From Octopus sinensis (lineage: Eukaryota), in the NCBI RefSeq assembly GCF_006345805.1, contig NC_042997.1:191518001-191582000 (forward strand): a stretch of 64,000 nt of DNA. The letters run 5' to 3'. Position numbers and translations under genes: made by a program. Numbering within the stretch: the stretch's first letter is position 1; each line of letters opens with the position of its first letter. Shown here piece by piece: positions 52,366-64,000 of the stretch. Under the pieces are notes generated by a model. It had not been told where the DNA came from. It saw only the letters and a list, made by a program, of their open reading frames with translations, and searched no databases.

Positions 52366-55039
52366 CGAAATCAGAATCGAAATTGAACCAATCCTATGAC
52401 TGGCACCTGGCAGATGCCAGGACCCCTGGACTGGAGATACGTAAAAAGCACTATCCGAATCGTGGCCGATGCCAGCGCCGCCTCGACTGGCTTCCGTGTC
52501 GGTGGCACGTAAAAAGCACCATCCGAATCGTGGCCGAAGCCAGTGCCGCCTCGACTGGCTTCCGTGCAGGTGGCACGTAAAATGCACCCACTACACTCAC
52601 GGAGTGGTTGGCATTAGGAAGGGCATCCAGCTGTAGAAACATTGCCAGATAAGACCGGAGCCTGGTGCAGCCTTCTGGCTTCCCAGATCCCCGGTCGAAC
52701 CGTCCAACCCATGCTAGCATGGAGAACGGACGTTAAACGATGATGATTGTGCAGGCAAAACTGTGAGGTTAAGAAGCTCACTATGCAACCACTTGGTCTC
52801 GGGTTCAGTCCTACTGTGCAGCAACTTGGGCAAATATCTTCTAACCGATGCTTTGTGAGTGAATTACACAGGCAGAAACTGTATGAAAGTCTGTAATATA
52901 TGTGTATCTTTGCAACTGTCCCCTCCCAACACCTAACAACCAGTGTTGGTTTGTTCACATCCCCGTAACTTAAGTATCCAGTATAAAGGACCAATAGAAT
53001 GAGTACCAGACTTTAAAAAAGTACAGGGATTAATTTGTTTGACTAAACCCTACAAGGCAGTATCCTAGCATGGCCACGATCCAATGAATGAAACAAGCAA
53101 AAGCTAAAAGAAAAGATAGGTTTTGATCTCAAGGATTGCTTCAGTGCAGTTGATAATTGAAATTTCTGTGAAAACTCTTTAAATTGAAACTTTTCACCCA
53201 ACAGAGCTGAAGAAATTTGCCTGTCTTATTTTTGTAATTCTTAATTAGATATCATTCTTGTTACAATGATTTCAGCGGATAAATTCCGGAATGTAGACAG
53301 TATTGTTTATAAATGATCAACATCTGATAATCATTGCAGCAATTAAGTCATGAAATTGTTGATATGTGAAAAAAAAAAAAAAAAAAAAATCTTCAAATCA
53401 ACAACCTAAGTATGTTTTCTTCAAGGGAAGGGGCGGGGTAGGTGGGGGGGGGTTCTAGAAAAGCTTCCAAATAAAGGAATTAAGTTGTAAAGATGTGAAT
53501 GATTGAAACCAATGATTAATGTCCAATATCTTGATTGAGTGAAAAAGCCAAGTCATAATGGTATCAGACTGACTGAATCAAAGATCCATATCTCACCACT
53601 GGCCATTTCTTTGCATCTCTTGAATAAGAGACAGTTCCAGCATCTTTTATCCAGAGATGTAATGAAATAGCTATTTGCAATAGCTTATTTATTACCAACT
53701 GGTGTAGTACTAGTCTTTTACTCTTTTGAAAAGGATGGCTTTTATTTTTGTCTCTTCTTGGCATTTCTGAATATTTCTGCTTTAAGCCTCGCTCCATTTT
53801 CTTCTTATATTTCATTTTATCTGTTTATCTGGTTGGCTGCCTGACTGCCTACAAGTTATTTCTCTCTCTCTCTCTCCCCATATCTCTCTAATCCACCTCA
53901 CTCAAAACAGCCACTGCTTTCTCCTTCCATACTTCTATAGAAGGACAGAAAGAAGACATGTGACTCAATGTCTTACATAAAGATTATACGTTCTCCCCAT
54001 TCTCACACATTATGTATATGCATATTGTTTACAGAATAACCTAATGATTGTGAATGCTTAACTCTAATCAATTTCCAAAACAAAAAGAGCAAAAATTTTA
54101 TTAATTTCTGTAATTGAATATACATTTAGTTAAAATATTGAAGACAACATGACAAATTAAAAGACTACATCAATATTCGTTATTAACAATTATTTTATCG
54201 CTGGTGTTTTCATGGAAACCAATGATGAGGCTTTAACAAAATCTTGTACCAGTATTCTTATTACAACAGAATTTAGTATTTACAAGCATTCACAAAAACA
54301 ATGAAACAAATACCCAAGACATCTGTCATGAAACATGAAGCTGTACAATTGCAAATTAGAAATGAAGAGAAAGAAGAAAAATCTGTCGAGAAATGCTGTC
54401 AACATAATATTAAATATTAACTGAAAAATCTTTGTCAATTAACATCATGTCTCTCAAGTAACATAAAATTACTATAATTTTATAAAAGTGTTTACTTGTT
54501 CTATGAAAACCAGAAACCTGTAAGCAATGTTTAGTACTCAAGCCATCACGCGAAAAAAAGAGAAGAAAAAGGTTTCCCAATAAAACACTATATTCAGTAA
54601 AACAAAATGAAAATGAGAAAAGATAACTGTTATTCAGAGTGCTCTCAAGAATATAATAATTTGAAGGTATCTGAAATTTAATAAAATATGGTGTGTGTGC
54701 ATATATATATATATATAATAATATATATAATATATATATGATATATGTATCAAATAATATCATATATATATCATATATATATATCAAATATATATCATAT
54801 ATATATATCAAATATCATCATCATCGTTTAATGTCCGTTCTCCATGCTAGCATGGGTTGGATGGTTCGACCGGGGATCTGGGAAGCCAATCATATATATA
54901 TCAAATATATATCATATATATATATCAAATATATATCATATATACATATCATATATCACACATCATATATCCCCTATCCCTTTCCTCCCAGCCTTCCACC
55001 ATCCCTACCACCCCTCACCCTACCCCATCCACCCCTTTT

Positions 55040-55625
55040 CCACTTCAGTCTGGTGTTACCATTCCTCTAATTCTTCCCCCCTCTGAGGCAGCGCGCACCC
55101 TCCTCAGTAGGAGTCTGCACTTCATCCTCCTCACTCCATCCAGCAACGGATTTCGGACTTGTGCCAATATCCACAGCTTTGTGCACTGTGTTAGGTTGTG
55201 TGCACTTTTCCGCAACACTCCACCTGCATCTAATGAGGAAGACTGCTTCACCAACCTGGGTCGCTGACCATCCCAGTGGACGCCAGCTCCTAGCCAGTTC
55301 CAAGCAGTCGATCTTCTTGCGGGCGCCTGCCAGTGCGCTGTGAACTAGTTTAACATTACCAGGCGTCCCCATCATCTGAACACCTCCCCAGCTAAACTCT
55401 CGGCCCTTCGATGTGTCCACCGCTGCACTGACATCATCATAAAACCAGCTGACAAAGGTGGAGCCATGGTAGTGTGGCATGCAGATCTTTACAAGGCCAA
55501 AGCTCTCCGCCAATTTCAAGACACTCCTTCTACTGCCCTCTGCTCCCATGCCCAACTACCAACAGATTGTGTCCTCCACTATCCATGACCTCATCTCCTC
55601 CTCCCGTCTTCCCCCAGTAGACCAC
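55040..55625 (+). pseudogene. Penelope-like element ORF relic (N-terminal, pre-RT region)
   Basis: SEAARTLLSRSLHFI (cf. LLSKGLxF.P) and DIIIKPADKGGAMVVWHADLYKAKALRQ at about 55430-55510, the DKG motif of PLEs; frameshifted. Confidence 0.78.
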
Positions 55626-55852
55626 TGTTTTAAGACGGATATAATTTTTTTTACTAGGGGCTATTTCAAAAATCAAAGAAGCCTAGCCCTAATGTATAAC
55701 AATGTTTTGCTATTTATTGATCCAGCTCAGTAAGTGCAACGTCATCATCATTTAATGTCTGTTTTCCAATGATGGCATGGGTTGGATGGTTTGACAGGAG
55801 CTGGTGAGCCAGAGGATTGCGCAGCTGACGTTATGCCGGGTAATAAAAAGTA

Positions 55853-56087
55853 AGGTGGCGAGCTGGCAAAAACGTTAGCACGCCGGGCGAAATGCTTAGC
55901 GGTATTTCATCTGTCGCTACGTTCTGAGTTCAAATTCCGCCAAGGTCAACTTTGCCTTTCATCCTTTCGGGGTTGATTAAATAAGTACCAGTTATGCACT
56001 AGGATCGATATAATCGACTTAATCCGTTTATCTGTCCTTGTTTGTCCCCTCTGCGTTTAGCCCCTCGTGGGTAGTAAAGAAATAGGT
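55853..56087 (+). mobile_element. SINE family B (Nin-domain-like), representative copy
   Basis: ggcgagctggca...gttcaaattccgcc...gcctttcatcctttcgggg...aagtaccag. Further copies at about 12010, 24983, 26655, 34575, 38700, 39595, 48365, 51897, 57180 and 58110. Confidence 0.88.
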
Positions 56088-59000
56088 AATAAAAAGTATG
56101 AGGGTAATCAATAAACTACATATTGAAATTTTAAAAGGCTCTGTACCAGGTTTTACTTAATCTTTTCACCAACAACAGATAATTCATGCTGGGTGATAAA
56201 AGAACAGTGCAGTGTTTGATTTAAGAATACAGCTCTAACTAAAACAAGACATATAATGACAAAATAAACCATTAGGAATATATATGGCCTATCCTTTAAA
56301 CAAACAATTCCATTACCTACATGACCAAATCAGTATTTGTGGTAGCAGTTCACTATTTTTTATGGTTGGTAAATATCTGAAGAACAGCATTGATTTGTAA
56401 GAAAAGAATTCTCTCATTTGACTATAAAAGTTCATATGATACACTGATTGGAATTATGTAAATTTCTAATTATCATAATGAAATCTTAGTAGTACCTTAA
56501 AACGTTCGGATACATGAAATCTCCCCCATCTCCATTAGTTCAAATTATCTAATATAACATTTCCTTAATTACAATAGTACAATGTAATTTGAGAGAGATG
56601 TGGTTGCTATTATGAACAGATTGAGCTATCATTTAAAGGCTCCTCTATGGATCAATCAAAGAGCAGTTGAAACTGCTGGATTACCTCATGTAATAATAGA
56701 CTCAACCAGCTGTTGTCAATTAGCAAAACTGTCGTTCATAAAAAAAGAACAAAACATAAAAAATATTCTGAAATACAACTATATGATCAACAACATGAAG
56801 ATTAAGGTTGTCATTTAAAGATTTCATCACACATACACACAAAAACGACTATCAAAGATGGTAGATAGAGAATGCATCTCTGTTCTTCTGCTTTGTCAAA
56901 CAATAACCAGCTCAAATTTTCACAAGAGAGGGGGGGGATAGACAGAGAGAGAGAGATTGAGGTGGAGAGAGGGAGAGAGAGTGAAAGAAAGAGCAAGCGA
57001 TGACTTAATTCTAGTCACCAGCACAACTATATTCTGGTATAATACTGCCATTCTTTCTTTCTTCCTGTTTCACATCAAAATCTCATATTGAACTCCTACA
57101 TACAGAGAGGAAATATGGAATAATAATAATGACACTACCACCACTACTACAGTAATAATAATAATAATAATAATAATTTTTTCTACTCTAGGCACAAGGC
57201 CCGAAATTTTGGGGAAGGGGACCAGTCGATTAAATCAACCCTAGTACACAACTGGTATTTATTTTATCGACCCTGAAAGGATGAAAGGCAAAGTCGACCT
57301 CGGCAGAATTTGAACTCTGAACGTAAAGACAGACGATTACCGCTAAGCATTTTGCCCGGCGTGTTAACGTTTCTACCAGTTCACCGCCTTCATTATAATA
57401 ATAATAATAATAATAATATCAACAACCAAGTATCAAAGCTTATAAAGTGTGGAAAGAGACCCCATGAGACCTCTGGCAGCAGGCTGCTGTCCACACTCAC
57501 AGAATCTGCCAGAACAAGTAAGACTGGATGTTCTGAGAAGTAAAACAATAATAAGAAAAATAATGATGGTGATTTCTAACGTAAGAAAAGGTGATCCTAC
57601 AAGTTTGAGTAAGCTATTGGGTGTAACTAAGCATGTTCCTATTTGATATTGATTTCTAATTTAGCTTCTTCTGCTGCAACATCCAACCAAACAATAAAGT
57701 AACATTGATGTACAACAGCTCAGCAGGTAGCTTAAATTCCTCCCCTGTCAACAACAAACACCACATGACAACATGACAATAGTTTTGATACTTTTGAGTA
57801 AACCAAAAAGCTATCAAACATTTTTGTGACAATATTCCGGACAAAAAAAAAATGCTAGCTACAAACTTCTTTCCAAGATGACAGCCAAGCTTCTGAGAGC
57901 AAGGGTTTTTTTGAGAGAGAGAGAGAGAGAGAGAGAGATTTTATATAGAGGGAGGTGTGGATGGAGTGGGGAGAAGGGGGATGGGGAGAGTGGGGTGGAG
58001 AGAGAGGCAGAGATGGGGCAGATTGGGAGTGGAGAGAGACAGGGATGAGGAGAGGGAGATGGGTGAGGAGGGGTGTGATGGGGAGAGAGAGAGAGCTTCT
58101 CGTTTTATATTCTCTTCTACTCTAGGCACAAGGGCCAAAATTTTGGGGGCGGGGTGAGGCCAGTCAATTAAATCGACCCCAGTATGCAACTGCTACTTAA
58201 TTTATCGACCCCATAAAGATGAAAGGCAAAGTCAACCTCGGCGGAATTTGAACCCAGAATGTAAAGACAGATGAAATACCGCTAAGCATTTCGCCTGGCA
58301 TGCTTCTCGTTTTATATCAAACCAGAAATGCCTGTTGTCTTGGAAATAAAGCAATTGCAAACAGAGAAAGGAGGCATCTAGGTGTGCAGTTGCCACATTT
58401 TAAATACCTCATCTTATGATATATGAGACAGAGAGAGTAGAGAGGAAGTGGGGGAGATAGAGAAGAGAGGAGAAGAGGAAAGGAAGGAAGGAAGGGTGAG
58501 GGTAGGGAAGAAATTATAAGACAGAGTATGTAAAGGGTAGGCGAAAAGTTCCACCTATTATTGTGTTTCTAGGTTCATGTTTTCTAAAATACTTTACTTG
58601 ATTTGTATTTAACATTAAAAAAAAAAAAGAATGAAAGAAACCGTAGTAAATAACAGAAGATGTTTTGGCACCACCCAAAATATTTCAACATTCTTATTCC
58701 AAAATTAACAGTCTGACAGCAGGCATTTACATTTACCTTATTTCAGAAGCTAATATTTACAAAATTATTTTCTTTCTGAACACACAAATAATGACTGCCA
58801 TCATCATCACAGATAGAAAAAAGGAGGGGGGAAAATTGTTAAGAAATAATTCTTGATTTCGAGCATCTGATTTTAATTCTTTGAAATAAACTGTTCAACC
58901 AATGAATGTATGTATGTTTCAATAGAATTACTGCTAGAAACATACAAACAAGTCAATCAGTTGATGCTGAGACACTACAGCTAATTATTTTCGTTATCAA

Positions 59001-59171
59001 CCACATTCTGTATCCACACAAACAACATGAGGATGGCTTCTTCGACAAGGAATGAGACAATTGGGCATAGTTGTTTGGATGTTGATGATTTGGTACGACT
59101 GACTGAACATTCAGTCTGCCTTCAATACCAAAAAGTCCCATTACCAAAACAGACGAATGTGTACTCAGAAA

Positions 59172-59490
59172 TACAGAGAAGAGAGGAAGGAGATGGGAGA
59201 GAAAGGAGAGGGGAGAGAAAGGAAAGAGACAGAAGACAAGGGAGAGAGATGGGGGAGAAGCAGTAGAGAGATGGGAGAGAAAGGAGAGAGACAGGACAGA
59301 AAGAAGATGAGAGGAGAGGGAGAACAAGGAGATAAAGAGAAAAGAGAGGGGGAGAAAGAGAGATAGAGAGGGAAAGGGAGGGAGAAAGAGAGGGGAGAGA
59401 GAGAAAGATAAGGAAGAGAAAGAGAGAGGGAGAGGAAGAGAAAGAGAGAGGGAGAGAAAGAGAAAGATAGGGGAGAATAGGAGAGATAGG
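59172..59490. repeat. Polypurine (GA-rich) low-complexity tract
   Basis: About 320 bp almost entirely G/A on the + strand; similar tracts at 57913-58095 and 58425-58520. Confidence 0.9.
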
Positions 59491-60073
59491 ACCATTACAA
59501 ATGAACATAATTGGCATAAAACACTTTAAAGCACACAAAGAGAAATCTACCTTAAAAAGAAAAATCCCCCTGACCCATGCCAGCATTAAAAATTGGAGAG
59601 TTAGTTGATATAGTACTTGACCAGTACTTTATTCTACTGACATTGTAAAGATGAAATGCAACAATGACTTCAGTGTGATTTGAACTCAGAACTTAAAGAG
59701 CCAAAAGAAATACACTGACGCTCAAATGATTCTAATGTTTCTAATCTAGGAACATGGCAAGCAATTTTCAAGGGAAGGGAGTTAGTTAATTAACTCAATG
59801 CCAGCGCTAGACTGGTACTTCCTCAACCCGAGAGTTGAAGGACAAAGGTGATCTCAACAGATTTTCATCTAAGAAGAGCAGGGATGATCACAATGATGAT
59901 GGTAATATCATTTCACGACAATCTACACAGTGCCATTGCTTATATCCAATGTGATATTTGCTAATCAAAAAGGCAATGAAGGTGAGACCATACCCACAAA
60001 ACTTAATTTATGAGAATGCTAACAGGGGTCATCAGTAGTGCACCAATTCTGATGACTACCTAATGTTTCTATA

Positions 60074-60456
60074 TCTCTCTCTATATAAACGGCAGTTTGT
60101 CTGTGCGTTTTCTGTGTGTCTGTTTTCTCGTACCCTCACTCTGACCACGGCTTTCAACTGATTCTGATGAAACTTGACACACACATAGCCCAATGTCATA
60201 ATTCAAAACTAACGCAGCGAAAATTTTGAAAAGTTCTCCCAGTTCTGAAAAAAATCGATAATTCGACATGGGATCGAGAATTAGAAACCCAAACCACAGA
60301 CCGTCTAGGGGACGCAACTCCACCTTTTTTAACTCTCATAAAAAATTTACCATCATTTTTTTCCCATTTTTTTGCTATTTTTTGGCTATAACTCTCTAAA
60401 AATGCTTTATAGTTATTTCCCTTACAAACCTGAGCAACGCCGGGCGATACTGCTAG
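60074..60456 (+). mobile_element. Non-autonomous Helitron-like element, copy 1
   Basis: 5' A|TC..., 3' GC-rich hairpin (cctgagcaacgccggg) then CTAG|T; no TSD. Confidence 0.75.
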
Positions 60457-60464
60457 TATATAAA

Positions 60465-60494
<30 letters not shown>

Positions 60495-60495
<1 letters not shown>

Positions 60496-60888
60496 GTATT
60501 GAATTTATATATTTATTTCGTCATTATATTCACTGTGGTGGTATTTTTGACCATATCGCATGAGGAGTTTTAGGTGGGCAATTTAAACTGGTTGTGTGCT
60601 TAGGTGCATATATATGTATGTATACATTCGTGTATTCATATGTTATATATATATATATATATATTTTGCATTTATGTGCTATCTGAGTATATTCCACTGA
60701 TGAGGCAAAGCATTTCTTATGCAGAGCCAGAAATCCGGGATCTGGAATTATCTAGTAATTTTTTGCTAGTTTATTTTGTCTTTTTGTCTTCTCTCCTGGT
60801 GCTGTATGAACATTTAATGTGGTTTTAGAGTCAAGTTTTGGCTGCTATTTCCAGCGTGGAGGTATCTCTTAGATACCCTAAATTATAA
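60495..60888 (+). mobile_element. Putative Penelope-type pLTR or non-autonomous element in a (TA)n tract, hosting the hammerhead
   Basis: Non-coding block bounded on both sides by (TA)n and containing the hammerhead at 60691; Penelope assignment is inferred from the ribozyme type. Confidence 0.5.
60691..60748 (+). ncRNA. Minimal type-I hammerhead ribozyme
   Basis: attcca-CTGATGA-ggc(aaagcatttcttatgcaga)gcc-a-GAAA-tccggga-TC-tggaat. 6-bp stem I, stem II, near-palindromic stem III and AUC cleavage triplet (cut predicted after 60742). Confidence 0.72.
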
Positions 60889-60915
60889 TTATATATATAT
60901 ATATATATATATATA

Positions 60916-61297
60916 CTAGCAGTATCGCCCGGCGTTGCTCAGGTTTGTAAGGGAAATAACTATAAAGCATTTTTAGAGAGTTATAGTCAAAAAATAGCAA
61001 AAAAATGGGAAAAAAATGATGATAAATTTTTTTGGAGAGTTAAAAAAGGTGGAGTTGCGTCCCCTAGACGGTCTGTGGTTTGGGTTTCGGATTCTCGACC
61101 CCATGTCGAATTTATCGATTTTTTTCAGAACTGGGAGAACTTTTCAAAATTTTCGCTGCGTTAGTTTTGAATTATGACATTGGGCTATGTGTGTGTCAAG
61201 TTTCATCAGAATCGGTTGAAAGCCGTGGTCAGAGTGAGGGTACGAGAAAACAGACACACAGAAAACGCACAGACAAACTGCCGTTTATATAGAGAGA
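60916..61297 (-). mobile_element. Non-autonomous Helitron-like element, copy 2 (inverted)
   Basis: Near-identical reverse complement of 60074-60456; the ORF track gives the same peptide on opposite strands (60081- and 61080+). Confidence 0.75.
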
Positions 61298-64000
61298 TAT
61301 ATATATATAGGAAAACGATTTTATATTCCCTTTGCTGTGCAAATAAGGTTGGGATGGTTTATTGCAATAATTGTTTTTGCAAGTGGAAGTCTAAGCATCA
61401 GGAATTGGTACCAAGTAGAAATGGTAGTGGCATAATGAATATTTGGAAAAGGTCACTGGAAATAAAGGTTTTGTCAATGAAATGAAGAATTCTATTTTGC
61501 AAATTGTAAACTGCCAGTATTAAGAATCTATATTAGAGCATATGATGTTGCCACTGAGAAAATTGGCAATGGTGTTGGTGATGATGCTAAAATACCAGTT
61601 CAGCTCTGCTCAAGCAAACTTATGATCAAAATCGTTCCAGCCGTGACTGTCCTGTCTTTTTTCCCCAGACAGTTTATACAAGACTATATTATTCTATATG
61701 TTCTTTTCTAAGGTGGTAAGATGAGATTTGAGGGAAATTAGGTTTGCTACTTCTCATAAGTAGAAGAGGGTTGGTAACGATGGCAATGGTGATGGTTAAC
61801 AATGGCAATGACAACAATAATGGTGATGATGATGATGCTTTTAACAAAGACAATAATGACAACACTACAATGATAACAGTATTTTAAATTTGCTTTTAAG
61901 ATCTTAGATAATTTCTTTTAAGTTGATAAGAAAAAAAATGATGACACATTATGAGATGAGACAATCAGACAGTGTAATAAGAGTCATTAGGTAAATCTAG
62001 ATTATTCAAATAAATGTAAGATGTTTTAAAATGCTGCACTTCTTAGCATCTCTATTTCGAAGAAAAAAATGTAAAAACAGCTGAAGCAATTTTTATTTTT
62101 ATAACACATTTTCTTAATAGCTTTGTTGCTCATAGGTTTCCAATGGACCAAACGGATTCATTGTATTTCCAATGGTAAGAAAGACAAGCAAGTGCTTGTA
62201 CAACTCAGATGGAATGGTTATAGAGTATTTGTTTGATGCACCAATTTAATCAGTTTTATTGCCTATGTGCACATTTTTACCCCCTCGCCTCCACACTCAA
62301 ACCTCTGTAGTTTCTATCAATGAAATTCCACTCTCAAGGTATTGATCAACTCCAAGCTATGGTAGGAGACATACCCAAGGTGTGTGTAATCAGATAAAAA
62401 TATAGAATGACATGACTCCAAAGCAAACTTCTTGAACCACACAGGCCATGCACATACTCTGTGACAAGATGTTTGAAGTTATGTAATAAAATCTCTTTAC
62501 ATCACTGATTTAACATCCACTTATTTGTGCTTGCATAAGTCAGATGGAATTCACTGAGGTAGCTATTCTACAACCTTTCCTGTTGTCAGCCCTCAGTTGT
62601 TCCAGCTAAGAAAATATTTCTACATAACCAAACATAGAAATGAATGACAGCTTGCATGAAAATGACATTCTTTTACAACTATCACATGCTGTGAAGATGA
62701 GAAGGCATAGATGTACACACATGTACATTATAGGCCTCTTTCATGTTCTTTCCACCAAATCCTTTTACAAGGTTTTGGTTAGCTCAGGACTATAGTAGAA
62801 GACACTTGTCTAAGGTGCCTCACAGTAGGATAGAACCTGAAACACTGTGTTTGGGAAGCAAACTCCTTAACCACATGGCCATACCTTACTCTGTGCAAGC
62901 CAAAAAAACAACCTTTATATGGACACTCAGCCTACTAGAAATAGTTGCCAAATCTACCTCACTCTACTGCCTGAAGTCATACACATCCCTAAGTTAAGGA
63001 GAGATTCATTTGCTAATGAGTTTATTTAGCCAGGGTTGGCCAGGGGCTGCACAATAACAACATGACAGTGTTTTCAACTAGAATATTTTATAAGTTTAGA
63101 AACCTTTATAAATTTACTGTTATTTATTAAAATATTTTGGGTTTTAACACCATGGCAATATATTGCATAAGTGACTGACATCACAACATTTCCCCTGAAT
63201 GGAATGCCACTCCTTTGCAGTGTTTAAGGCCAGCAATTCTGAGGGAGAAGGCAAGTCAATTACATCGACCCCAGTACATGACAGGTACTTTATTTTATTA
63301 ACCTTGAATGGCAAAGCTGACCTCAGCAGGATTTGAATTTAAAATGCTAGTTAGATTTGGAAGAAATGCTACTGAAATACTGATTCTGCTAACTAATTGC
63401 ATTAAATTAATTATTACTGGAATTAATTTTCAGCATCTAATTTGTGCTATGCTTTACCATAATAGAATTAAATATTTTAAAACTGCATACAAATGCTAAG
63501 TCTGAATATATTAAGTAACTGCTTTTTCATGCAGCATCTTGGAAAAAAATAAAATACTTTTATTTTTTTCTACAAAAGATACATTAAAATATTTTATGTA
63601 CGAAAAATTAAATTGCTTAAACAATACTTCACATTTCCATTGTTTAATCACTAAATTGTCTGCATTGTTAAAATAGATAATTAGAACTAGTTGCATAATA
63701 TATATGATAGTTAATAGCAGAAGGAATGTAAGGAAAAGAATTAATAACTTAATGATTTGTTCAGTTAAAAAAAAGTAAAAAAAAAAAACAAAAAAAAAAC
63801 AAAGTACATACTGTTTAATGAAACTTAATAGATCTATTTGCTAGATGCATATTAAAAGTGATTACATGATTTTTTTTTTTTTTTTTGCAAATACATTTCA
63901 GATAAAATATATAAAACAGAATTTATAATCATTCCCCCCAAACCACCTCACTCCACCCCCACCCCAAGAAACCTCACCATACTTTTATGAAACATGTTAT

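Noticed and set aside
50853-64000. CCDC6 exon 1 or promoter
   Set aside because: No segment encoding the expected N-terminal coiled coil (LQQENKVLKxELETYKL-like) was found, so it is probably beyond the window.

Overview
Eukaryotic, AT-rich, repeat-dense genomic DNA. The repeat families resemble those of an octopus (coleoid cephalopod); this assignment is inferred. Most of the window lies inside one minus-strand host gene, CCDC6. Six coding exons (equivalent to vertebrate exons 2-7) splice in frame: 50723-50574, 26228-26100, 18018-17915, 12444-12287, 9121-8965 and 6595-6471. Exon 1 is not found and presumably lies beyond 64000. The introns contain tRNA-derived SINEs, a young 5'-truncated RTE-clade LINE with an uninterrupted RT ORF and a tandemly amplified 3' UTR, CR1, mariner, pogo/Tigger, hAT-like and Penelope relics, TTAA and TA MITEs, Helitrons and microsatellites. 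The most notable signal is a set of small non-coding elements carrying minimal type-I hammerhead ribozyme motifs with Penelope-like inverted architecture. One fuses a tRNA/Pol III head to the ribozyme and has a 15-bp TSD (6878-7251). Another has a near-canonical core and lies between two inverted Helitron copies (60691-60748). Several long inverted repeats and templated insertions are also visible. No database search or folding computation was run, and repeat boundaries are approximate unless TSDs or TIRs are quoted.
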